Source: Smithellaceae bacterium
Lineage (GTDB): Bacteria > Desulfobacterota > Syntrophia > Syntrophales > Smithellaceae
Assembly (NCBI GenBank): GCA_963667845.2
Contig: CAXXVL010000002.1
Coordinates: 416,001-480,000, forward strand
Length of the DNA stretch: 64,000 nucleotides
Reading direction: 5' to 3'
Of the stretch, positions 36,392 through 46,328 are shown one piece after another (within the stretch, counting starts at the first letter, position 1; the number at the start of each line of letters is the position of its first letter). Below the pieces are notes generated by a model. It did not search any database and was not told the origin of the DNA. It saw only the letters and a program-made list of their open reading frames with translations. The translations under genes were made by a program, and so were the position numbers.

Positions 36392-36763
36392 TTATCCCTG
36401 CTGTTCCAGAAACTTCCGGCGGAAGGCGAGCGGGTTGCGTATCGCAGCAAACGGCTCGCGCGTGCTGCCGGTGCCCATGATGACGATCGTTCCGTAGTTC
36501 AGGATGCGTCCGAGAATGCTCTGGATGACGTTAATGGATTCGATCTTGGAGTGATTCATTTCGAAGGTATTGCGGGAAATAAAGCCGGTCTTGATAATCA
36601 AACGTTTATTGGTGATGGCGAATTCGCTCGTCCAATACGCGATGAGCGGCGCAATAAAGAGCGTAAAAATGCCCTTCAGGGAGATGAAGGTGATCCAGTG
36701 TAATTTGGTTTCGTAAACGACTTGTTCGCCGGCGATCAGATTGTTATCGACGTAACTGCCCAT
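36392..36763 (-). CDS. Bacterial PH-domain (bPH_2) membrane-associated protein
   Basis: YVDNNLIAGEQV, SEFAITNKRLIIKTGFISR, KIESINVIQSILGRILNYGTI. Confidence 0.85.
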   Translation of the reverse strand: MGSYVDNNLIAGEQVVYETKLHWITFISLKGIFTLFIAPLIAYWTSEFAITNKRLIIKTGFISRNTFEMNHSKIESINVIQSILGRILNYGTIVIMGTGSTREPFAAIRNPLAFRRKFLEQQG

Positions 36764-36796
36764 TGCAATTTTTCTCCTCTATCGTGTTTTTCTAAA

Positions 36797-37618
36797 TCAG
36801 CGCCAGGTAATCAGCGGTTCATTGCGCACAGGAATCCGGTGAAAATGATGCTGCGGGTATCCCAGCATCACCGCACCGAAGCACTGGTGGCCCGCGGGCA
36901 GCGCCAGTTTTTCAATCAGCGGATCATAGGCGTTGGCCGCCGCCGTAAAATAGCCGGCCCAGCAGGTTCCCAGCCCTTTCGCATGAGCATAAAGCTCCAG
37001 ATAGGTGAGTGCAATCGCGCAGTCGGCCGCCGGGAAAGATAAATCCTGAGGGCAATGCGTGACCACCAGATGCGGCGCTCCCCGCATAATGCGGTCCCGG
37101 CCGTAGTCCCAGGCGCCGACGATGCGCCGGAAACGCCGGACCGTGCCCTCATCGGAGGTCAGAGGAAGCATGATCCGCATAAAATCGATCACCAGTTCGG
37201 CCAGAGCGTGGACCTCTTCGGGGTTCCGGAAGACCAGCCAGTGAACCTGTTGCTTGTTGCTGCCGGTGGGCGCATAGCGCGCCGTGGTCAGTAATTCCGT
37301 CAACATCTGGTCGGACACGGGTGTTTTTTTATACTGGCGAATCGAACGCCGGGTCAGGAGGATCTGCCTCATAATCGCGGCGTCGGGGATGTTTTTCTCG
37401 ACCGGCGGACAGGCGGCAAGCGGCATGTTGACATGTGAAATGGCATCGTGAGGACAGACGGCTATGCAATGTCCGCAGTTGATACAGAATTCCTCTCCGT
37501 GTTCCAACATCGTCGGAAAGGATTTTTTGTCCGCCTGAACGATAATTTGCGCCGGACACTCCGCCACACAAATTCCGTCACGCTTACACTTCGTCTGGTC
37601 GATGCTGAAAAGCGCCAT
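36797..37618 (-). CDS. Nitroreductase-family protein with N-terminal 4Fe-4S ferredoxin domain
   Basis: CKRDGICVAECP, CINCGHCIAVCP, RRSIRQY, APTGSNKQ, GLGTCWAG. Confidence 0.92.
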   Translation of the reverse strand: MALFSIDQTKCKRDGICVAECPAQIIVQADKKSFPTMLEHGEEFCINCGHCIAVCPHDAISHVNMPLAACPPVEKNIPDAAIMRQILLTRRSIRQYKKTPVSDQMLTELLTTARYAPTGSNKQQVHWLVFRNPEEVHALAELVIDFMRIMLPLTSDEGTVRRFRRIVGAWDYGRDRIMRGAPHLVVTHCPQDLSFPAADCAIALTYLELYAHAKGLGTCWAGYFTAAANAYDPLIEKLALPAGHQCFGAVMLGYPQHHFHRIPVRNEPLITWR

Positions 37619-37786
37619 GGCCCTCTCCTTATTTCGGTTCTTGAATCCTCCGGTCGCGTGAGACCGCCTGATCCTCTGATAGAGTATTAATATAATGATT
37701 GCAATGTCTTTTTGGCAATCTCCGGGTTGTGATATTTTGTTTTTTATTTATAATGCAAATCCGGAGGAGAAAAGGTAAGAAAAATT

Positions 37787-40171
37787 ATGGCAAAACTGAC
37801 ATTGGACGAATGGATCGCAAGGCTCAAGAAGAACAAAAGTTTCAATGCCAACGCTGCGGCTATCGTGGATATTGCGGCAAAACAAGGCGATTGGGAGGAC
37901 TATCCCGCCTGGGTCGATCCGCGCCTGCGGGAGGTGCTGGTCAGACGCGGCATGGAACGGCTCTATAAGCATCAGGCCCAGGCCGTCCGTTTCATCCGCA
38001 ACGGCCAGGATGTCGTGCTCGTCACACCCACGGCCAGCGGCAAGACGCTCTGCTACAACCTGCCCGTTTTACAAAGCATTCTTGACGAGCCGGAAACCCG
38101 GGCGCTATATATGTTTCCGACCAAGGCGCTGGCCCAGGATCAGATGCATGAAGCGCACAGCCTGATCACCGATCTGGCGGCCGACATCAAAACCTTTACC
38201 TACGACGGAGACACGCCGGACGACGCGCGCCAGGCGATCCGCCGGCAGGGACACATCGTCGTCACCAACCCCGATATGCTGCATGCGGGCATTCTGCCCC
38301 ATCATACGAAGTGGCAGAAGCTTTTCATGAATCTGAAATATATCGTCATTGACGAACTGCATATCTACCGCGGCATCTTCGGTTCGCACTTTGCCAACGT
38401 CATCCGGAGGCTCATCCGGATCTGCCGCTTCTATGGGGCCAATCCCGTGTTCATCTGCTGTTCGGCCACGGTCGCTAACCCCCGCGAACACGCTGAAAAA
38501 ATTCTGGAGCGGCCCGTAGCGCTGCTCGATAAAAGCGGCGCACCCACCGGCGCCAAAACGTTCGTCCTGTATAATCCGCCCATCGTCAACCGCGAGCTGG
38601 GCATCAGACAGAGCGCCATGACGCCCGCACGCAAGTTTGCGACGGACCTGATTGACAACAATATTCAGACGATCGTCTTTGCCACCAGCCGTCTCCATGT
38701 CGAAGTCCTGACGAAATATCTGAAGGATAAATTTGTCAAAACGAGGCCGGTGGATGATCATTTCGTCACCGGCTACCGCGGCGGCTATCTGCCGAACCTC
38801 AGGCGTGAAATCGAAAGCGGCCTCAGGTCGCGCGACGTCATGGGCGTGATCAGCACCAATGCTCTGGAGCTGGGTATCGACATCGGCAATCTGGAGGCCT
38901 GTATCATGGCCGGCTACCCGGGCTCCATCGCCAGCACCTGGCAGCAGGCCGGGCGAGCGGGCAGGCGTTCCGGACGCAGCCTGGCCATTCTCATCGCCAG
39001 GAGCAATCCGCTGGATCAGTTCATCATGGAAAATCCCGATTATTTCTTTTCACTTTCGCCGGAGCACTGCCGGATCAATCCCGACAACCTGCTCATCCTG
39101 CTGCACCACATCAAGAGCGCGGCCTTCGAGCTGCCGTTTGAAAAGGGAGAAAAATTCGGCGGCGAAAATCTGGAAGAATTTCTGCAGTATCTGGAGGAAA
39201 AAGGCGTCCTGCACCGGACCGATGACCGCTGGCACTGGTCGGCGGAAAGCTACCCGGCCGACGAAGTCAGCCTGCGGTCGATCAACCCGGAAAATGTCGT
39301 GGTTGTCGACACGACCGACGCGGGGAACCACAAGGTGATCGCCGAGGTGGACTGGGACAGCGCCTTTACCGCGGTCCACGACGACGCCATCTACATGCTG
39401 GCCTCCGAACAGTACCACGTGGACAAACTCGATCTGGAACGCAAGAAAGCCTATGTACGCAAGGTGGACGCGGATTACTACACCGACGCGATGACCTACA
39501 CGAACGTGCGGGTGATCGACTCCTTTGACCATCATACCGAGGCCGGTGCTATTGTCGAGCACGGCGAAGTGCAGGTCGTGCGCAAAGTGGTGGGCTATAA
39601 AAAAATAAAATTTTACACGTCTGAAAATCTCGGCTACGGAGATGTCAATCTGCCGGAAAAAGATATGCACACGACGAGCTACTGGTTTACGATCCCGCGC
39701 GACCGCCTGCGCACACTTACCTTCACGGCTGCGGAAATCATCGACGGCCTGTCGGCGCTGGCTTACACGCTGCAGCATTTGTCGGCCATGTTTCTGATGG
39801 CCGACACGCATGACATCGACCGATCGATCGGGGATAAAAGCGGCGAGTGGTTTGTGAACCAGGGAAGAACCGGGCGCGTCATCACGTCTTTTTCCACAGG
39901 AAGGCAGCAGTCCCTGGAAGGGCCGGCGGGCGTGCGCATCGACGAATTCGATCCGACGATTTTCATCTTTGATTCCTATCCGGGCGGCATCGGCTTTTCC
40001 GAACTGCTTTACCACGAACACACCAATCTTCTTCTGGCCGCCAGGACGCTGATTGAAAAATGCCCCTGCGCCTACGGCTGCCCATCCTGCGTTGGCCCCA
40101 CGCTCGAAGTCGGCAAAACCGCCAAAGAAATCGTGCCGAAGATTATTGAACTGGTTTTAAAGCAAGGTTGA
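37787..40171 (+). CDS. mrfA: DEAH-box helicase with DUF1998 (MrfA/YprA/SftH/Hrq1 family)
   Basis: PTASGKT, PTKALAQDQ, IDELH, CSAT, YRGGY, TNALELGIDIG, QQAGRAGR, C-terminal D..PGGIG and CPCAYGCPSC. Confidence 0.92.
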   Translation: MAKLTLDEWIARLKKNKSFNANAAAIVDIAAKQGDWEDYPAWVDPRLREVLVRRGMERLYKHQAQAVRFIRNGQDVVLVTPTASGKTLCYNLPVLQSILDEPETRALYMFPTKALAQDQMHEAHSLITDLAADIKTFTYDGDTPDDARQAIRRQGHIVVTNPDMLHAGILPHHTKWQKLFMNLKYIVIDELHIYRGIFGSHFANVIRRLIRICRFYGANPVFICCSATVANPREHAEKILERPVALLDKSGAPTGAKTFVLYNPPIVNRELGIRQSAMTPARKFATDLIDNNIQTIVFATSRLHVEVLTKYLKDKFVKTRPVDDHFVTGYRGGYLPNLRREIESGLRSRDVMGVISTNALELGIDIGNLEACIMAGYPGSIASTWQQAGRAGRRSGRSLAILIARSNPLDQFIMENPDYFFSLSPEHCRINPDNLLILLHHIKSAAFELPFEKGEKFGGENLEEFLQYLEEKGVLHRTDDRWHWSAESYPADEVSLRSINPENVVVVDTTDAGNHKVIAEVDWDSAFTAVHDDAIYMLASEQYHVDKLDLERKKAYVRKVDADYYTDAMTYTNVRVIDSFDHHTEAGAIVEHGEVQVVRKVVGYKKIKFYTSENLGYGDVNLPEKDMHTTSYWFTIPRDRLRTLTFTAAEIIDGLSALAYTLQHLSAMFLMADTHDIDRSIGDKSGEWFVNQGRTGRVITSFSTGRQQSLEGPAGVRIDEFDPTIFIFDSYPGGIGFSELLYHEHTNLLLAARTLIEKCPCAYGCPSCVGPTLEVGKTAKEIVPKIIELVLKQG

Positions 40172-40196
40172 AGGTTCAAGATGCAAGGTGCAAGGT
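40165..40196 (+). repeat. Short heptamer array AGGTKCA-like overlapping the mrfA stop
   Basis: aggttga aggttca agatgca aggtgca aggt. Confidence 0.7.
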
Positions 40197-40297
40197 AAAC
40201 ATATCCGTCACCGCTGACACCCCGCCACGCATGCCCTCGTGTGACCTCGCGCCACCTTTAGGTGGTCAGGTCATTAGGGTAGCGGGAGACAAAAAGA

Positions 40298-41647
40298 GTG
40301 AACATGAAATCGATTGATAAATTAAAACGCCTGACCGGCGAGGCCGTGGCTCCGGAAACTAAAGATCAGACCGTGACGACCGCCTCATCGCCGGAAAGAA
40401 AGGCCGAGCTCGATGAGCTTAGGCGGCGCATCGACAACGTTGTCACCCGCGCGGCCGCGCGCAGCAAGGCGGCTCAAGATGAAGCGCGAACGCGCGGCAA
40501 TAAAGGGCTTACCGAAATTCTCGAAGGGTGTGAAATTGAAAACGAGCACGGCCGCTTCTTTCTGGTAAGCCGTGTCGTGAAGAGCTCAAGCCCGCACGGA
40601 AACCGCTGCATTCGCGAGGCATTTGATTTTGACATGTCCGCGGCGGCAATGCTGGCCAACAATCCTATCATCAGCGAATACAATTCGTCGGACGCTCTTT
40701 TTCTGGATACGGAAACGACGGGGCTGGCCGGCGGCACCGGCACCATGGCTTTTCTCATCGGCCTGGGCTGGTTTGAAGAAGGTCATTTCCAGGTCCGGCA
40801 GATTTTAGCGCGCGATTTTGGCGAAGAGAAGGCGGCGCTCACCTACCTCAAGGAAATCGCCGCCCGGAAAAGATTTCTGGTCACCTTCAACGGCAAGGCC
40901 TTCGATGTCAACCTGCTCGCCACGCGTTTTATCATGAACCGGATGCAAAGCGACCTGCCCGGACTGCCCCATCTGGATTTGCTGCATCCTTCGCGCCGTA
41001 TCCTGGGGCATCGTCTGGAAAACTGCCGGCTGGTCACACTGGAATCGGATATTCTGGGCGTCACGCGGGAAGGTGATATTCCCGGCTGGGAAATTCCGCA
41101 GCGCTATTTCGACTGGCTGCGCCGGCGCGACCCCCATTTGCTGTCCGACATCTTTGAACACAACCGTCTGGATGTCGTTTCCATGGCGACGCTGACGGCT
41201 CATCTGGTGGACATACTGACCGCACATGCCCTCACGCGGCAAACACACACCGATGACTACCTGGCCGCAGCACGCCTCCATCTGAAACATGCCAACGCCC
41301 AGGGAGCGCAAAAGATCTTAAACATCTTTCAGGAAAAGGCCTGCTCCGAATTTTCTGGGCAATCGAAAAAGAAGTTGGCTCAGCTATACAAGCGAACCGG
41401 GCGAATGGATGAAGCCGCAGACCTCTGGCGGCAAATGGCCGCCTGTGAACCGGTCGAATTCTACGCCATCTCGGAACTTGCCAAATACCTGGAGCATCGC
41501 ATCCGGGACTACGTTCAGGCAAAAGCCGTCATTGAACAATCACTGGCCGGGGGCGACCTGTTTTCCGAAGATGAACGGAATTCGCTGCTGCATCGTTTAA
41601 ACCGGTTAAAAGGCAAACTGAAGTTGCCCCCCTATAGCAGCCATTAA
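40298..41647 (+). CDS. mrfB: RNase H-like DEDD exonuclease with C-terminal TPR (MrfB/YprB family)
   Basis: FLDTETTGLAGGTGT, VTFNGKAFD, HLDLLH, REGDIPG, HNRLDVVS, ELAKYLEH; adjacent to mrfA. The start may be the ATG at 40304. Confidence 0.9.
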   Translation: MNMKSIDKLKRLTGEAVAPETKDQTVTTASSPERKAELDELRRRIDNVVTRAAARSKAAQDEARTRGNKGLTEILEGCEIENEHGRFFLVSRVVKSSSPHGNRCIREAFDFDMSAAAMLANNPIISEYNSSDALFLDTETTGLAGGTGTMAFLIGLGWFEEGHFQVRQILARDFGEEKAALTYLKEIAARKRFLVTFNGKAFDVNLLATRFIMNRMQSDLPGLPHLDLLHPSRRILGHRLENCRLVTLESDILGVTREGDIPGWEIPQRYFDWLRRRDPHLLSDIFEHNRLDVVSMATLTAHLVDILTAHALTRQTHTDDYLAAARLHLKHANAQGAQKILNIFQEKACSEFSGQSKKKLAQLYKRTGRMDEAADLWRQMAACEPVEFYAISELAKYLEHRIRDYVQAKAVIEQSLAGGDLFSEDERNSLLHRLNRLKGKLKLPPYSSH

Positions 41648-41788
41648 GCATATCAGTTTTTACCTCCCAATTAACTCTCTATCAACTGTGATTGATTTCT
41701 TTTGAATTGAAGTCATGATTAGAAACAGGTGACAATGCGCCGGGGCTCGGCGTCTCTCGAATATGTTAATCAAAGCAAGGAGGAAATC

Positions 41789-42091
41789 ATGGTTAAGACA
41801 GCATTATTTGTCCGTCTTGAAGCAAAATCCGGGAAAGAAAAAGAGGTGGAAAGCTTTCTTGAAAGCGGCCTTCCTCTCGTCACGGAAGAACCTGCAACGA
41901 CTGCCTGGTTTGGAATCCGCCTGGGGCCGACAACCTTTGGAATCTTTGATGCCTTTCCGGACGACGCCGGCAGGCAGGCACATCTCACAGGCAAAGTGGC
42001 CGCCGCACTCATGGCCAAAGCTGATGAACTGTTTGCCAAACCGCCGGCCATCGAGAAAGCCGATGTTCTCGCCGCGAAGCTGCCCGGATGA
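41789..42091 (+). CDS. ABM-like dimeric alpha-beta barrel protein (putative quinol monooxygenase family)
   Basis: AGGAGG RBS; LFVRLEAKSGKE, EEPATTAWF, FGIFDAFPDDAGRQAHL. Confidence 0.85.
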   Translation: MVKTALFVRLEAKSGKEKEVESFLESGLPLVTEEPATTAWFGIRLGPTTFGIFDAFPDDAGRQAHLTGKVAAALMAKADELFAKPPAIEKADVLAAKLPG

Positions 42092-42366
42092 ACACATCCG
42101 ACAGGCAAGAGACTTCTGCTCCCGGCGGCACGAACACCCCAATTTTATCGGCTACCTTCCTTTTCATTGAGTAATTATTGGCGTTCTTTCCGGATCCGAG
42201 GGATAACTTCTCGAACAGATCCTGTAACATAAAGCCCCGGCGAGCCCGCCCATCGATGAAAGCAACAGCCCTACATTTAAACCGTACCCACACCCGCCCA
42301 ATTGGTCGATATCGCTCCGACGACCATAAGCCTCCATCCGCCCCCTAAAACATAACAGCAAAAGGC

Positions 42367-42535
42367 TCGAATTCTGCACCGTCTCGGAGCTTGTCAAATC
42401 GCGGTGCATCGCATCCGGGACTGCGTTCGGGCAAAGCCCTCATGGAACAGGCATTAACCGGAGTCGGCACTTTTTCCGGAGCTGAGAAAACTCCCTGCTG
42501 CATCGTTTAAGGCGGCTAAATGCCAAACCGGAAAT
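42367..42535 (+). pseudogene. Decayed second copy of the mrfB 3' end
   Basis: Aligns to 41454-41622 (tcgaattct.c.cc.tctcgga.cttg.caaat; catcgcatccgggact.cgttc.ggcaaa; ctgctgcatcgtttaa) with substitutions and indels. Confidence 0.85.
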
Positions 42536-42844
42536 ATCTCCATCGTCTTTCCTGGGTTATCCGGCTGATGATGGCTCCCTGAAGTCGTTAAAATCTCATT
42601 TTCCAATAAATCATAAACACATTTGGTATTCAATTGACTCGCGCCGTAAAAACAACTATCGTAGCGAATGTGTGGTATCCAAGCAGTCGAGTTATGCTTG
42701 TCCGGGCCTGGTTTGAGTGTGAGCGGAATCCATGAAAAGATCTATAGTAAGGAATGAAGAAATTTCGTTTTCCTTTCTCGATTGTCTGAAAATTCCCCTC
42801 AGGTTTATTTAGCGCAATTCAGCGAAAGAAAGAGGTGTACTCAA

Positions 42845-44281
42845 GTGAAAACGATTGTGGAGCAATTAGATCCCATTTTCAAACCCAAGTCGATCGCCGT
42901 TATCGGTGCGTCCAAAGGCCATGCAAAATGGGGATTCAGAATGATCAACCGTCCCTTGCGCACAGGATACCGCGGAGCCATATATCCCGTCAACCGCCTC
43001 GGAGAGGAGATTAACAATCTGCCCACTTACAAAAGTGTTCTGGATATTCCGCAAACCGTTGATCTGGCCGTTATTACGGTGCCTGCCGAGCAGGTTCCGG
43101 GCGTCATGAAGGAGTGCGCGGCAAAAGGTGTTAAAGGAGTTGTTTTGATCACGGCCGGCTTTGCCGAAATCGGGCAGAAAGGAAAAATCCTGGAAGAGAA
43201 GGTGGTCAATGCCGCCCGCAAAGGGGGCATACGTTTTGTCGGGCCCAACTGCATGGGGATATGGAGCAGGGCGGGAATGCTGAGCCTGTCTTTCGATAAA
43301 GCGCCCCTGGCCGGTCCCATTGCCTTTGTCTCCCAGAGCGGGACATTCGGCGTTTCTCTTTCGGAGATTGCCGTCACAAAGGGATACGGACTCAGTAAAT
43401 TCATCAGCATCGGGAATCAGGCGGATCTCGATGCGGCGGATTACCTGGAATATCTGGCCGCCGATGAGGAGACGAAGGTCCTGGTGTTCTACATTGAAGG
43501 GTTCAAAGACGGAAAGCGGTTCATGGATCTGGCCCGGGACGTGGTGAAGCGCAAACCTATCGTGATCTATAAAGCCGGCCGCACTTCCGCCGGAAGCAGG
43601 GCCACACAGTCGCATACGGCCTCCCTGGCCGGCTCCGATGAGATTTTTGACGCGGTCTGCCGGCAGGCGGGCTTGATCCGGGTGCAGGAAACTCTTCATG
43701 CCTTCGATGTGGCGGAGGTCCTGGCCAGTTCGCCTCTTCCTCCGGGAAGGCGGGTTGCCATTCTGGGAAGCGGGGGACAGGGTGTGGTCACAGCCGATGC
43801 CTGCGCCTCTCTGGGGCTGGAAGTGCCCCAACTGGACGGCGACACCGTCCGCGGTCTGATGGCAGGACTGCCTCCGCACGCACCCAGACCGAGCAATCCC
43901 GTGGATTTTGCGGGAAGCTCCCGCACCGGCATGGAAGAAGCGGCTGTTGTGGAGAAGCTGCTGAGCCGCGACTATATTGACGGCGTGATTTCCAATGTTC
44001 CCATCAATCCCGCGGCCTGGAGCGACATGTTCGGTTTTTCCGGACTGCCGAAACCCCTGCTCGATCTAACCAAAAAGGCTATTGAGGGAGCGGATTATTT
44101 TTCATCTTTGCCCGCAAAATACGGCAAGCCCATCATCACGACACGGTTTCGACGGGTTGCCCATGACATGGTTATCGACATTTTGAAGGGGGCGGGAATC
44201 CCTGTTTGCGATACCCCGGAAGAAGCCGCCCGGGCGATGCATGCGTTGGTTCAGTACGCAGAAATAAGGAAGAAAGCATAA
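42845..44281 (+). CDS. Stand-alone alpha (CoA-binding) subunit of an ADP-forming acyl-CoA ligase
   Basis: PKSIAVIGAS, TAGFAE, VGPNCMG, VSQSGT, SHTASLAG, SNPVD; no ATP-grasp domain. GTG start follows GAGGTG. Confidence 0.9.
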   Translation: MKTIVEQLDPIFKPKSIAVIGASKGHAKWGFRMINRPLRTGYRGAIYPVNRLGEEINNLPTYKSVLDIPQTVDLAVITVPAEQVPGVMKECAAKGVKGVVLITAGFAEIGQKGKILEEKVVNAARKGGIRFVGPNCMGIWSRAGMLSLSFDKAPLAGPIAFVSQSGTFGVSLSEIAVTKGYGLSKFISIGNQADLDAADYLEYLAADEETKVLVFYIEGFKDGKRFMDLARDVVKRKPIVIYKAGRTSAGSRATQSHTASLAGSDEIFDAVCRQAGLIRVQETLHAFDVAEVLASSPLPPGRRVAILGSGGQGVVTADACASLGLEVPQLDGDTVRGLMAGLPPHAPRPSNPVDFAGSSRTGMEEAAVVEKLLSRDYIDGVISNVPINPAAWSDMFGFSGLPKPLLDLTKKAIEGADYFSSLPAKYGKPIITTRFRRVAHDMVIDILKGAGIPVCDTPEEAARAMHALVQYAEIRKKA

Positions 44282-44421
44282 TTGCAGTATCCGGGGTTTC
44301 ACAAAGTCACTGGCCCGGGAAATCGCCCGCCTGCTGTGGCGGCGGTCTGAGCGTTGTGATGATCGTTGAGGACCTGCAAAGAAGAATAAATAAATAAAAT
44401 TAAAGATGGAGGATAATAAAC

Positions 44422-44832
44422 ATGAAGCTTAAAACAGTAGATCACATCAGTTACGCCGTGACGGACATCGACAAAGTTATTGAGTCCTGGACAAAGTTGT
44501 TCGGCATCGGCCCCTGGACATTCAGGGAGAATGGCGGGACCGACACAAAGGGTCGTCCCTGGAAAATAAGGATGGCCTTTGCCTATATGGGTCCTATGGA
44601 AATCGAGCTTGTCCAGTGCACGGAAGGAAAAATATTTCAATCCAAGTTTATCGACAAGTGGGGAGAAGGCGTCCATCATCTCGGGTTTTTTGTCGATGAT
44701 GTCGATGCGGAGGTGGCTAAACTCACAAAAGAGGGCGCCAACCTGTTGATTCATGATCCGGGGAAATTCGCCTACGTGGATGCGGGCGGACCGGGCGGTG
44801 CCATCTTTGAGCTGATGCAAAAAAGACGTTGA
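44422..44832 (+). CDS. VOC/glyoxalase family protein (methylmalonyl-CoA epimerase-like)
   Basis: VDHISYAV, EIELVQ, GEGVHHLGF, IFELMQ give the H/E/H/E metal ligand set. Confidence 0.88.
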   Translation: MKLKTVDHISYAVTDIDKVIESWTKLFGIGPWTFRENGGTDTKGRPWKIRMAFAYMGPMEIELVQCTEGKIFQSKFIDKWGEGVHHLGFFVDDVDAEVAKLTKEGANLLIHDPGKFAYVDAGGPGGAIFELMQKRR

Positions 44833-44942
44833 TCGGGTCCGGCTGCTGACCGTCGATTGATATTTTACCGGTTTCGCGGTGAGTGAAATATGCAGATCCG
44901 CTCATGCGGCCCGTGTCTTGGGGCTTCTCCGGAATATTGCCG

Positions 44943-46328
44943 TTAGCGCCCCCCGGTTTCATACTTCTCGAGCTTCTTGCGCAGGGTCTTGCGGGTAATG
45001 CCCAAACGCCGCGCGGCTTCGCTTTTGTTGCCGCCGGCCGCGGCGAGTGCCTCCAGAATGCTCCTTTTCCCGACTTCTTCGAGCGACAGGTTCTGCGACC
45101 CGCCTGCCGCCGGACGTGCGCTTTCCGGCGGAGCCTCACTCACCGGACATTGATCCGCCATCGGAAATACCAGTTCATCCGCGTCCACCGTATCGGCCCG
45201 GGACAGGACCACTGCGCGCTCCACGGCATTCATCAACTCGCGGACATTTCCGGGCCAGGTGTACTGCACAAGCTTTTGCATCGCCTGTGCGGTGAATCCT
45301 TTGATGGATTTGGCATTCTTTTCGGCAAAGGCTCTGAGGAAGTGCTGCGCCATGAGCGGAATATCCTCGGACCTTTCGCGAAGCGGCGGCACGGTGAGCG
45401 CCACGACATTAAGCCTGTAGAACAGATCTTCGCGAAACCGGCCCTGCTGAATTTCCTTTTTCAGATCCTTATTAGAAGCGGCAATCACGCGGACATCGAC
45501 TTTCATGACTTCCGAACCGCCCACGCGCGTCAGTTCCCGTTCCTGTATAACCCGCAGGAGTTTGACCTGCATGGCGGGCGACATTTCGCTCACTTCATCG
45601 AGGAAAATGCTGCCTCCGTCGGCCTGGACAAACTTCCCTTCCCTTCTGCGGTCCGCCCCCGTGAAGGCGCCTTTTTCATGGCCGAACAATTCCGATTCCA
45701 GAAGCGTTTCGGTCAGCGCCGCGCAATTGATTTTGATGAAGGGCGCCTGCCGGCGGTTGCTGTTTAAGTGAATGGCGTTGGCAATGACTTCCTTGCCGGT
45801 GCCCGATTCTCCCGTGATCAGAATCGTGGCCTGGGTCGGAGCCACCTGTTCCACGATCTCGAGCAGTTTGACCATCAATGCGCTCTGGCCGATAATATTC
45901 TGCCGCTCGAATTTTTCACCGAGCCGTTCCTTGAGATATTCATTTTCTTTTTTCAACAGGCTGTGTTCGGTCGCACGTTTGATGACAATCTGCAGCTCAT
46001 CGAAATCCAGCGGTTTGGTCAGATAATCGTAGGCGCCTTTTTTCAGTGCGCTGACAGCCGTTTCCACAGACGCGTATGCGGTCATGATGATCACCGGAAT
46101 GGCCGGCGCGATCTTCTTGATCTGGGTGAGCGCTTCGATGCCGGAAACCTTCATCATGCGGATATCCATCAGGATCAAATCAAACGCCCGCTTCCGGACT
46201 TCTTCAATCGCGGTCGCGCCGTCATCCGCCTCGGATACATTGTAGCCCCAGCCGCTGATCACTTTTTTCAGCATGACCCTATGGGCAAGATCATCATCCA
46301 CAATTATAATATCGAGCTTTTGTTTCAC
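44943..46328 (-). CDS. sigma54-dependent response regulator (ZraR/AtoC/NtrC family)
   Basis: REC (VDDD, LMDIRM), GESGTGKE, ELFGHEKGAFTGA, FLDEV, FREDLFYRL, WPGNVREL, Fis-type HTH. Confidence 0.95.
   Translation of the reverse strand: MKQKLDIIIVDDDLAHRVMLKKVISGWGYNVSEADDGATAIEEVRKRAFDLILMDIRMMKVSGIEALTQIKKIAPAIPVIIMTAYASVETAVSALKKGAYDYLTKPLDFDELQIVIKRATEHSLLKKENEYLKERLGEKFERQNIIGQSALMVKLLEIVEQVAPTQATILITGESGTGKEVIANAIHLNSNRRQAPFIKINCAALTETLLESELFGHEKGAFTGADRRREGKFVQADGGSIFLDEVSEMSPAMQVKLLRVIQERELTRVGGSEVMKVDVRVIAASNKDLKKEIQQGRFREDLFYRLNVVALTVPPLRERSEDIPLMAQHFLRAFAEKNAKSIKGFTAQAMQKLVQYTWPGNVRELMNAVERAVVLSRADTVDADELVFPMADQCPVSEAPPESARPAAGGSQNLSLEEVGKRSILEALAAAGGNKSEAARRLGITRKTLRKKLEKYETGGR

Noticed and set aside
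37686..37720. Possible SOS/LexA box upstream of mrfA (GATTGC-N12-GCAATC)
   Set aside because: It matches no LexA consensus I know, and 6-bp arms are too weak without comparative data.
37787..41647. Helicase-nuclease pair as a novel anti-phage system (DISARM/Druantia-like DUF1998)
   Set aside because: Size, motifs and pairing match the known MrfAB DNA-repair module; there is no methylase or other defence gene, and the four C-terminal Cys are intact.
42092..42366. Short ORFs between the ABM gene and the mrfB remnant
   Set aside because: No RBS, motifs or consistent frame; probably decayed DNA.
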